The notes under the pieces are model-generated. The model saw only the letters and a program-made list of their open reading frames with translations. It ran no database searches and had not been told where the DNA came from. A stretch of DNA of 64,000 nucleotides from Planctomycetota bacterium. Its GTDB lineage: Bacteria; Planctomycetota; Planctomycetia; Pirellulales; PNKZ01. Made by a program: the position numbers and the translations under genes. Below are positions 8,611 through 16,279 of this stretch, in pieces; the first letter of the stretch is position 1, and each line of letters opens with the position of its first letter. The stretch is from NCBI GenBank assembly GCA_018242585.1, contig JAFEBQ010000031.1, positions 1,044 to 65,043 on the forward strand, written 5' to 3'.

Positions 8611-9390
8611 TTACAAGCGGACCAGCCGGGCTTGGCCCGCGCGGTCTATGCCCAGAATACTGTGTTCGGGGACTTCTTGCCATGCACCGATTCCGGTCGC
8701 TTCGCTGGCCACGACGGTGACTTCGGGCTCTTGACGCCAGTGCAGGTCGTGGTTCCAGCGGCTGGACGCCAGGACCACGCCGTCGGTGAGCAAGAAATTG
8801 AACTTGGTCTTTTCATTGGGCGGGAATTCTCGCGACCAACGATCCAAGTCGCGCAACGTCTCGACCAGCGCATCGACCAGCGGCCCCGCGTCTCCGACGG
8901 GCTGCGTCAGGTCGATGCCGAGTCGTTGCAAACGGGCCAGCACGTGGACAAAGATCAACTCGCTGTCAGTTGTGCCACCACGTAGGGCCAGCAACTCGTC
9001 CGGCACGATCGCCGCCAGCCGAGGACCGATCACGTCGAAGTTGGTGACCGTCCCGTTGTGCGAGAACAGCCAGGCACCATGGCGGAACGGGTGGCAGTTC
9101 GCTTCCGAAACGCTACCGACCGAACTATTCCGCACGTGGGCAATCCACGTCGGCGCGACGAGTTCACGTGCCCGGGCCGCGAACGACTGGTCCAATCGGG
9201 CATCGGCCGGGCGGCGAATGACCAGCGGGCCGACACGATCGGCCACGTAATAGCCGAGCCCCCAGCCGTCGCTGTGACAATCGCCATGCCGATCGCAAAT
9301 ACTCTGCACGCGCAGCGCGTTGGGATCGTCGAGCAGCAAACCAGCGGCCGGGTAAGGCCGCCGCGCGATCACGGCCAGATGACGACACAT
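8611..9390 (-). CDS. Class II (Ntn) glutamine amidotransferase domain protein
   Basis: 259 aa starting MCRHLAV (Cys2 nucleophile). DGWGLGYY, NCHPFRHG and FSHNGTV are typical of the GATase_2/4/6 families. Confidence 0.75.
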   Translation of the reverse strand: MCRHLAVIARRPYPAAGLLLDDPNALRVQSICDRHGDCHSDGWGLGYYVADRVGPLVIRRPADARLDQSFAARARELVAPTWIAHVRNSSVGSVSEANCHPFRHGAWLFSHNGTVTNFDVIGPRLAAIVPDELLALRGGTTDSELIFVHVLARLQRLGIDLTQPVGDAGPLVDALVETLRDLDRWSREFPPNEKTKFNFLLTDGVVLASSRWNHDLHWRQEPEVTVVASEATGIGAWQEVPEHSILGIDRAGQARLVRL

Positions 9391-9396
9391 CGTGTG

Positions 9397-10479
9397 CTAA
9401 CCGTACACCGAGACGGGGGTGCGCACGGTCGTCGAGCGGATGCCGCGGGCGGCGTTCCGCAGGGCGTGACAGGCGTGGTTCAAGTCGTCGTCCGAAATGT
9501 CCAAGTGGGTCACGGCCCGCAGCGTGCGCGAGTTCTCGACCATGATGAACACGCCCGCCTCGCGCATGGCGGCGGCAAATTCCAGCGCGGTTCCCAGCTT
9601 GGGATTGATTTCGATGAACACGATGTTCGTCTCGACCGGCCCCCCGCGGAGCGACAGCCCCTCGGTCTGCTCGACCACGCCGGCCAGTTGCTTGGCCCGG
9701 TAATGATCTTCGGCCAATCGCTCGACGTGATGTTCCAGGGCGTACAGCGCCCCGGCCGCCAAGATGCCCGCCTGGCGCATCGCCCCGCCGAACAACTTGC
9801 GATGCCGCACCGCTCGGGCGATCAGGTCGTGCGGGCCGCAGATGGCCGAACCGACCGGCGCGCCGAGCCCCTTGCTAAAGCACACGCTCACGGTGTCGAA
9901 CGGCGCGGCCAATTGAGTGAGCGGCACGCCCGTGGCGACGTGCGCGTTGAACAATCGCGCTCCGTCCAGGTGGGTGGCCAACTTATGATCGTGAGCCCAG
10001 GCGCAAATCCGCTCGACCTCTTCGATCGGCTGCACGCGGCCGCCGCCGCGGTTGTGTGTGTTCTCGATGCAGATCAAGCGGGTGCGAACGTAGTGCTGAT
10101 TGTCGGGGCGGATCAGCGATTGCAGTTGTTCGAGCCGCATCACCCCGCACTCGCCGTCGATGGTTCGCGTGGCCACGCCCGACAACTGGGCCACGCCCCC
10201 TTGCTCGTGGTTGTAGATGTGACAGCCGCTATCGAGGATCACCTCGTCGCCGGGGTGGCAGTGCAGTCGCACGCCGATCTGGTTCGACATGGTTCCCGAC
10301 GGCACGTACAGCGCCGCCTCTTTCCCCAGCAGTTCGGCAATCCGTTGTTGCAGGCGAATGACCGTTGGGTCTTCCCCCCAGACATCGTCCCCCACCTCGG
10401 CGGCCGCCATCGCGGCGCGCATCCCTTGCGTCGGTCGGGTCGTGGTATCGCTCCGCAGATCGACGGGCAAGCGGACCAT
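9397..10479 (-). CDS. ltaE: Low-specificity L-threonine aldolase (PLP-dependent)
   Basis: DLRSDTTTRPTQGMRAAM, GDDVWGEDPTV, PSGTMSNQIG and a PLP-lysine region (CFSKGLGAPVGS) are present. I chose the ATG at 10477-10479. Confidence 0.8.
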   Translation of the reverse strand: MVRLPVDLRSDTTTRPTQGMRAAMAAAEVGDDVWGEDPTVIRLQQRIAELLGKEAALYVPSGTMSNQIGVRLHCHPGDEVILDSGCHIYNHEQGGVAQLSGVATRTIDGECGVMRLEQLQSLIRPDNQHYVRTRLICIENTHNRGGGRVQPIEEVERICAWAHDHKLATHLDGARLFNAHVATGVPLTQLAAPFDTVSVCFSKGLGAPVGSAICGPHDLIARAVRHRKLFGGAMRQAGILAAGALYALEHHVERLAEDHYRAKQLAGVVEQTEGLSLRGGPVETNIVFIEINPKLGTALEFAAAMREAGVFIMVENSRTLRAVTHLDISDDDLNHACHALRNAARGIRSTTVRTPVSVYG

Positions 10480-10713
10480 GTTCGTTGCCTGCGCTTTCTG
10501 AAGGATTCGAGGGGCAATGGGGCGGGACCGCACGTTCGAGCCGGCGCGACTCGGCGTACGACGTGTTGTCCCAGGTTTTTTCGCGGCCTGACATCGGTTC
10601 TAACCCAGCCGATTCCGGCGAACAAGAGCCCTAGCGAATTGGCCGATCGGTGGCGACAATAGAAGCTTTCGCACTTGTTAATCTTGGCGCCACCCGGCGG
10701 CGGAACACGCCCG

Positions 10714-12111
10714 ATGACAGCGACGCTCAACATCCAGACGATTGACGCCAACCACGACGACCTGCGCTCGGCCATTGGCGATTTACGCCGCCGCTTGAGC
10801 CCGCAAGGGAACATTGTCAGCCAGGCGGGCCGCCAGCGGACGATCGACGTCTTTGGCGCGCCGCTGACCCCGGTCGAGGTGGTCGAGCGGATCTGTCACG
10901 ACGTCCGTAACCGAGGTCTCGATGCGGTGCTCGACTACACGGCCAAGCTCGACGGCGCCAAGCTCACGCCCGAGACGCTGCGCGTGTCGGCCGACGAGCT
11001 GCAAGCCGCCTATCAGGCCGCGCCGCCGGGGCTGCTCGAAACCATCGCCAAGGTCGCCGACAACATCCGCACGTTCCAGCGGGCTATCCTGCACGGCGAT
11101 GTCCGCGTGCCGACGATCGAAGGAGGCTACCTGCGGCAGCGTTATTTGCCGCTGGACCGCGTGGGAGTTTGCGTCCCCGGCGGAGCGGCGGCGTACCCCT
11201 CGACCGCGCTGATGACCGTGGTGCCGGCGCAAGTGGCTGGCGTGCGCGAGATCGCCGTCGTCGCGCCGCCAACCAAGTTCGGTTCCTACAGCCCGGTGTT
11301 GTTGGCCACCTGTCACGCGCTGGGCGTGACCGAGGTGTATCGAATGGGTGGCGCGCAGGCGATTGCCGCGCTGGCTTACGGTGTGTCGGGCGTGCCGCAG
11401 GTCGACAAGATCGTCGGCCCCGGCAACCTGTTCGTGGCGCTGGCCAAGAAATGCGTCTATGGCGACGTCGACATCGACTCGATCGCCGGTCCCAGCGAAG
11501 TGGTCCTGGTGGCTGACAAGAGCACGCCACCCGCCTTCGCGGCCGCCGACCTGATTGCCCAGGCCGAGCACGCCCCCGGCGCGAGCATTTTGATCACCTG
11601 GGAGCCGGAGTTGATTCCGGCCATCCGCGCGGAGCTTGAACAGCAATTGGCCCAGCTTGAGCGCGGACAATTGGCGAGGCAGTCGCTCGAAGACTTCGGC
11701 GCGTTGATTCTGGTGCGTGACCAGGACCAGGCCACGGCGCTGGCCGACGAGATCGCGCCCGAGCATTTGCACCTGGCCGTGAACAACGCGGCCGAAATGC
11801 TCGAACAAATCCGCCACGCCGGCGCGGCTTTCATTGGACAATGGAGCCCGGTGTCGGTCGGCGACTATGCCGCGGGGCCGTCACATGTCTTGCCGACGGG
11901 TGGAACGGCGCGGTTTGCCAGCGGGCTGTGCGCCAATGACTTTCTCCGCCGCACCAGTGTGATTCACTACACGCCGGCCGATTTGATCTGTGCCGCGCCG
12001 CTGGTGCAAAAGCTGGCCGACCTGGAAGGGCTGACCGCGCACCGAGCCAGCGTGGACGTGCGCCTGGTGGCGGCCAAGGCGGCCAGGAATGGCAAGAAGC
12101 CGACTCAGTAG
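10714..12111 (+). CDS. hisD: Histidinol dehydrogenase
   Basis: YPSTALMTVVPAQVAGV, AIAALAYG, GPGNLFVALAKK, IAGPSEVVLVAD, AQAEH and APEHL are canonical HisD blocks. I chose the ATG at 10714. Confidence 0.9.
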   Translation: MTATLNIQTIDANHDDLRSAIGDLRRRLSPQGNIVSQAGRQRTIDVFGAPLTPVEVVERICHDVRNRGLDAVLDYTAKLDGAKLTPETLRVSADELQAAYQAAPPGLLETIAKVADNIRTFQRAILHGDVRVPTIEGGYLRQRYLPLDRVGVCVPGGAAAYPSTALMTVVPAQVAGVREIAVVAPPTKFGSYSPVLLATCHALGVTEVYRMGGAQAIAALAYGVSGVPQVDKIVGPGNLFVALAKKCVYGDVDIDSIAGPSEVVLVADKSTPPAFAAADLIAQAEHAPGASILITWEPELIPAIRAELEQQLAQLERGQLARQSLEDFGALILVRDQDQATALADEIAPEHLHLAVNNAAEMLEQIRHAGAAFIGQWSPVSVGDYAAGPSHVLPTGGTARFASGLCANDFLRRTSVIHYTPADLICAAPLVQKLADLEGLTAHRASVDVRLVAAKAARNGKKPTQ

Positions 12112-12380
12112 GATTGGCCACTGAGACTAGGATTGGCCACTGAGACACGGAGGAGCGGAGGAGTTAGGCCTGGGCTACAGAAAAGTGCCTGGGCTGGCGG
12201 AAAAGGACCACGCCGCGCACTCTAGATCGCTTCTCACCACGTTCTAGCGTCTGAGTGGCACGCCCGTCCTGCGGGCGTGGAGAAGCATGTACCGACCCTG
12301 ATATTTGGTTGGCGATTCTCCCCGCGCCCTGCGCTCCGCTTGGGACGCGCCACCCCTGCTAGAGCCTCTTGAGAGCTGCT

Positions 12381-14006
12381 CTAGCCAACGACGTCGTCCC
12401 ACGGCGCGCGCCAGTACGGCACTTGCGGGAAGAGGACCGTGGCCAGCTTGGCCGCCGTGCGGTTCGAGGCCTTGAGCGCCCCCGATTCCCGATCCGCGTC
12501 GATATCGACGTGTCCCAGCAGCAGCCGGGTCAACTCGTCGCGCGACAGCCGCAGATAGTTCCGCCCCAATTGCCCGCGGCCAAAGCGGACGCCGCGGCGG
12601 CTGACGGCCAGCTTCAGCCGTTCGCCGTCAACCAGCAGCCCCAGTTCCACGGCCCGCGAACCCGCCGCCTCGGCCGCGCGCCGTTGCAGCACCGGGGCCA
12701 GCCGGCGCAGCAAGCCGGGCAGGTCAAACACCTTCATCATGTACGACTCGCCCTGGTGCTGCTCGCCAAAGTTCGTCTCGCCGCCGGCGGCGCGGAACAA
12801 TTCGTGCAGCGAGTCATCGGCCGGCGAGTGCAACTGGACTGCGTAGTCGTCGCGCTCGATCGCCTCGGCACAAGCCCGGGCCAGCAACTGCTCGGCCACG
12901 CCGTGCCGCGCTTGTTCGAGCAGCGGTGACGTCGACGGCGCGCTCGGCGCGCCGACCAGCTCGATCACGCGATCTTCCTTCATCAGCATATAACCAACGA
13001 TCGGCAGCGTGGCCGCTTGCCAATCGAACTTGTCGGGCCCTTCGATGGCGACGAACAAGTGATCGACATTCTGCCGGCTGACCAGCCAACGCCAGGTGGC
13101 TTCCGTGCGCAACAGCGGCCCGGCGGCGCGCGAGATCCGCTCGCTGTACAACCGCATCAGCGCTGGCAGCTCGACTTGCCGCCAGGGACGAATGACCAGT
13201 TGATCGTCCGACGCGGCCAGGCCCCGCGCCGAAAGCTGCGCCAGCACCTCGCGCGGGTTGGCCCGGCTGTGACTGTGGCGGCCACAGACGGCCCAGCCTT
13301 CCGAAGCGAAGAACGCTGGGAAGCGCGTCCGGGTCAGGCCGATCACCGCGCCGTCGGCGGCCATCGCTCGCTCGGCACGTCGCACGAGCGCGCCAGCCAT
13401 TCCCAGATTGCGATACTCGGGCAGCGTGCCCAGGCAGGTCAGACCCGAGACCGGCAGATCGACCTGGTCGAAGCGCATCTCGCGCCGCACGGTTTGCACG
13501 TGGGCCAGCACTTGCGTGCCGCGGCGAACCAACCAGCGGTCGCAAGGTTCGTACAACGGGTCGTCAAGCGACGAAGCAAAGCCATCGCGCTGTGGCGAGG
13601 GGAACGCCGACTTGAAGAACTCGGCAATCGCCAGATGATCGGAAGCGGTGGCCGAAATCAGCCGCAGGCCTTCCCTCGCCTGCGCGTTGTCAGACGGCGA
13701 ATGCGCCTTGGCGCGGCGGCGCGAGCTGCGCCGTGGGCGGGTTGCTTCGCGCGCGGCCGGAGCGGGCGTCTCGACAACCGCGGGCTTGGTTTCGACGGCC
13801 GGCTGGTCCGCTGCTTCCGTCGCCGTGCGCGATTCCGTCGTGGCGCGCTTGGCCGTGGAACGCGCTTCCTTGGCCGGTTCGGCCGATTTGCCCAGTTCGG
13901 CCGATTTGCCTGACGCCAGCCGCTTCGCCTGCCCCGGCTTGCCCCGAGAGGCGGCGCTGCGTTTGACCGTTCGACGGACGCTGGCGGGCGAAATGGTCGT
14001 GCTCAT
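12381..14006 (-). CDS. GNAT-family N-acetyltransferase (Eis-like architecture) with a basic low-complexity N-terminal tail
   Basis: The GNAT core reads TLPEYRNLGMAGALVRRAERAMAADG and is followed by a long C-terminal extension. The N-terminal ~130 aa are K/A/E/T/P-rich and contain an in-frame 18-bp tandem duplication (13877-13910, GKSAEL/GKSAEP). I chose the ATG at 14004-14006. Confidence 0.6.
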   Translation of the reverse strand: MSTTISPASVRRTVKRSAASRGKPGQAKRLASGKSAELGKSAEPAKEARSTAKRATTESRTATEAADQPAVETKPAVVETPAPAAREATRPRRSSRRRAKAHSPSDNAQAREGLRLISATASDHLAIAEFFKSAFPSPQRDGFASSLDDPLYEPCDRWLVRRGTQVLAHVQTVRREMRFDQVDLPVSGLTCLGTLPEYRNLGMAGALVRRAERAMAADGAVIGLTRTRFPAFFASEGWAVCGRHSHSRANPREVLAQLSARGLAASDDQLVIRPWRQVELPALMRLYSERISRAAGPLLRTEATWRWLVSRQNVDHLFVAIEGPDKFDWQAATLPIVGYMLMKEDRVIELVGAPSAPSTSPLLEQARHGVAEQLLARACAEAIERDDYAVQLHSPADDSLHELFRAAGGETNFGEQHQGESYMMKVFDLPGLLRRLAPVLQRRAAEAAGSRAVELGLLVDGERLKLAVSRRGVRFGRGQLGRNYLRLSRDELTRLLLGHVDIDADRESGALKASNRTAAKLATVLFPQVPYWRAPWDDVVG

Positions 14007-14073
14007 GGCATCGAGTCCTTTCCATCCTTGCGTTTTCGCTCCCTCAAAGCCCACAACTTAGGGTTTGAGTAAA

Positions 14074-14093
14074 TGAAAATCCAGCAAAAAGTT
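14074..14093. repeat. Left copy of the 20-bp direct repeat (candidate attL core)
   Basis: Exact 20/20 match to 16103-16122. It is AT-rich in a GC-rich context. Confidence 0.9.
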
Positions 14094-14139
14094 TGAAGGA
14101 TGGAAATTATCTGACGCTGCGTAACTGAGGAAAGCTGCG

Positions 14140-14739
14140 ATGGCCGGTCCCGTCCCGACATTTCTGCTGCCACAGTTGGAAGCGTGGATCGCGAGTCAGT
14201 GGCGGCACACCACGCAACGGACGCGACGGCGTGGCTTGTTCATCGGTCTGTGTTACCACGGGCTTCGTTCGGTCGAGGTCATCCGCATGAGGGCGGATCA
14301 GTTTTGCCCGCTGGGACCGAGCCTGTATTTCAAGAGTGCCAAGCGTGGGAGATACCGCACGGTGCAGTTGGAACCGGAGTTCGCTCGGGTGTTGCACGGA
14401 TTCCATACCCGCTATTGGCCGGATCACGTGCTGCTGTTCCCGAGTGAACGCGGCACGCCGATTGATCGCAAGCAGTATTTCTTGTACGGACTCGCGATGC
14501 GTCGTGTGATCGGCGGCAAGTTCTCACTTCACTCGTTGCGGCACAACTCGGCTCTGCGAGTCTGGTATGCGACGCGAGATTTGCTCGCGGTGCAGTCGCA
14601 CCTGGGGCACAAGTCGGTGGCGATGACCGCCAACTATTTGCATCGCATCATGCCGTTGCCGCCCGAGACGCTGCCCAGTTGGCCGAACGTCAGTCCCCGT
14701 TTCCATCCCCACCTTCAACTGAGAAAGTTTGCTCCATGA
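14140..14739 (+). CDS. Tyrosine recombinase / phage-integrase-family protein, catalytic domain only
   Basis: 199 aa. GLRSVEVIRMR (Arg I), HSLRHNSA (H-x-x-R), GHKSVAMTANYLH (His and the catalytic Tyr) are present. There is no room for an N-terminal core-binding/SAM-like domain. Confidence 0.8.
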   Translation: MAGPVPTFLLPQLEAWIASQWRHTTQRTRRRGLFIGLCYHGLRSVEVIRMRADQFCPLGPSLYFKSAKRGRYRTVQLEPEFARVLHGFHTRYWPDHVLLFPSERGTPIDRKQYFLYGLAMRRVIGGKFSLHSLRHNSALRVWYATRDLLAVQSHLGHKSVAMTANYLHRIMPLPPETLPSWPNVSPRFHPHLQLRKFAP

Positions 14740-14972
14740 GTGACGACAGTTTTGAGTCAAGACATTTTTCCAGGATGCAGGAACTGCAACGCCTGGTCGT
14801 TGAATCGCGACTGCTTCGCAGTCGCGGTCAGCACGTGCGTGCCAACGACACGCTTCGCTTGGCGTGCGACGTGCTGTTGGTGGATGAGTGCGACAGCCAC
14901 GGTCGCAACATCGAGTTCGATGAGTGTCCGTTATGTGCCGAACGTCTCAAGCCGTGGAGTTCCCGTCGATGA
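14736..14972 (+). CDS. Small hypothetical protein with a CxxH...CxxC zinc-ribbon-like motif
   Basis: 78 aa. Its ATG overlaps the recombinase stop (ATGA at 14736-14739). The motif is ECDSHGRNIEFDECPLC. Confidence 0.45.
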   Translation: MSDDSFESRHFSRMQELQRLVVESRLLRSRGQHVRANDTLRLACDVLLVDECDSHGRNIEFDECPLCAERLKPWSSRR

Positions 14973-15187
14973 GTCGCAAAAGTCTCAAAGGGCAACGAAA
15001 TATTTTCGACGACAGCACGCACGTTCCCGCGTCGCGGGAAGTGCGTGCCCGTGACCATCGTCTCGGCGAGCATGGCAAACGCTCGCACACGCGGAAGCGG
15101 AGTTTTGCTGCCCTCGTCAAGACGCTCGATGCCGATGATCGTCGGCGTCGTGCCGCACGCACTGAAACGGAGAATAACCGTGCCTGA
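14969..15187 (+). CDS. Small basic hypothetical protein (alternative frame, uncertain)
   Basis: 72 aa. Its ATG overlaps the preceding stop (ATGA at 14969-14972), and its stop at 15185-15187 overlaps a GTG at 15180 in the next frame. It competes with the 15045 ORF for the same DNA. Confidence 0.25.
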   Translation: MSRKSLKGQRNIFDDSTHVPASREVRARDHRLGEHGKRSHTRKRSFAALVKTLDADDRRRRAARTETENNRA

Positions 15188-15578
15188 ACCCGATTCCAAA
15201 CGGCCGCGGCCACGAGCGGATGGTGACACGTTCAAACGCACGGCTCGCGGTACGTTCGCCCCGGGCACCAGGCCCGGTCCTGGTCGCAAAGGTGGCGACA
15301 CCGCCGCCGAGCGTGCCATACGGAAGCAACACGAACACCTCTCGGAGCTCGCCACCGAGTTGGCCAACCGTGCCAGTCGCGGAAACGTCTACGACGCCGC
15401 GTTGCTGCTGCGGGTCGTGTCGATCGTGTTTCACACCCTCGGCAAAAACTCCTGCACGCGGGACAATTTCGAGGACGTCTTGCAACGCATCGTCGCCTCA
15501 CCGTTCGTGTACGAGCCTGATGACCCGCCAGAGAGGCAAGCCACCACCCCACGTTCCGCCGACGATCACACCGACTGA
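15045..15578 (+). CDS. Hypothetical protein with a GxFxPGxxPGPGRKGG motif (phage/plasmid DUF5681-like, tentative)
   Basis: ORF of up to 177 aa. The start is ambiguous: GTG 15045, ATG 15072 or GTG 15180. The motif RGTFAPGTRPGPGRKGG is followed by a helical region. A strong terminator follows the stop. Confidence 0.45.
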   Translation: MPVTIVSASMANARTRGSGVLLPSSRRSMPMIVGVVPHALKRRITVPEPDSKRPRPRADGDTFKRTARGTFAPGTRPGPGRKGGDTAAERAIRKQHEHLSELATELANRASRGNVYDAALLLRVVSIVFHTLGKNSCTRDNFEDVLQRIVASPFVYEPDDPPERQATTPRSADDHTD

Positions 15579-15598
15579 GGCTCGCCACCTTCAAAGGT

Positions 15599-15629
15599 CA
15601 CCACCCATCCTTGGGTGGTGCGGATTTTT
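15599..15629 (+). terminator. Rho-independent terminator
   Basis: The stem is CACCACCCA-TCCT-TGGGTGGTG (9 bp, perfect), followed by CGGATTTTT. It lies 21 nt after the stop at 15578. Confidence 0.6.
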
Positions 15630-16102
15630 GCGGGCCTCCCTGCCCGCGTTCGCCCCGCCCGGTGTGTCGCGTCACGTCACCCGCACTTCGTTGCTCTTGC
15701 CCGCGACGTGGTGCGGGACGCACCACCGGGCGGGTCTCACACGCCGCGTGGGCTCCATCCGGTCGCCACCGGCGGCGGTTCGGCGGACCATCCGTGGTCC
15801 GCCGTCACAACTCCTGCTGCCCACTCGCTCATTCCCGCACCGACCCCGCCGCGTCGGTTCGGCGTCGGCCGCGTGCGACGTGCGTGGCGTCGCACCCGCC
15901 GCCGCCGCCGCCGCTCATCGCTCGAAGTTCTGGTCGCATCCTGCTCTGCCAATTCCGTCGGCATCCTGCCGACGGTCGCACCGCGAATGTCTCGACACCT
16001 CGCCCGGGGCGACGGTCTCTCTCTCTCGTCGCGTGGTTCCAGGTCGCTCCCAAGTCGAAAGACGCGGAGTGCGGCGGGTGCGACAGTGAACGGTTGTACA
16101 GT

Positions 16103-16122
16103 TGAAAATCCAGCAAAAAGTT
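16103..16122. repeat. Right copy of the 20-bp direct repeat (candidate attR core)
   Basis: Exact 20/20 match to 14074-14093. Confidence 0.9.
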
Positions 16123-16279
16123 CACAAGAAGTGCAAGGAAGTATCCGAGCAAGCGCCGCCGTGTGGTGCGAGGCGACGATCAAGCGCGCTTTCGCGCCGC
16201 ACGGGAGCGAACATGCGCCGCGCATCTCAAAATGAGAAGCACAGCCCGCCGCGCGATGCTCCAAATCGACGTCACGCGG

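Larger units (their letters stand above)
14074..16122. mobile_element. Candidate 2.05-kb mini integrative element bounded by a 20-bp perfect direct repeat
   Basis: TGAAAATCCAGCAAAAAGTT occurs at 14074-14093 and again at 16103-16122. A tyrosine recombinase gene starts 47 bp inside the left copy. The unit sits in the intergenic space between two chromosomal minus-strand genes. Confidence 0.55.

Noticed and set aside
9058-10662. A 534-aa plus-strand ORF; similar long ORFs occur at 2335-2973(-), 4375-5415(-), 10783-11841(-), 13017-13913(+), 17685-18524(+), 20912-21781(+), 23290-24120(-), 25455-26729(-), 27039-28439(-), 54157-55443(-), 60279-61724(-) and 61770-62831(-).
   Set aside because: All lie antisense or out of frame to genes with clear family signatures. 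Their translations are Arg/Gly/Ala/Pro/His-rich and low in complexity. These are typical shadow ORFs of high-G+C DNA.
14040-14140. A tRNA or tmRNA gene as the integration target of the 14074-16122 unit.
   Set aside because: I found no cloverleaf-compatible sequence or GGTTCGA(A/G)TCC-type T-arm next to either 20-bp repeat. The repeats sit in plain intergenic DNA.
15737-16264. A 175-aa minus-strand ORF, plus the plus-strand ORFs at 15220-16089, 15611-16105 and 15615-16235, inside or across the right end of the mini element.
   Set aside because: The translations are Arg/Pro/Ala-rich and nonsense-like. The ORFs mutually overlap in several frames, and one crosses the 20-bp direct repeat. The region is better explained as structured non-coding DNA.
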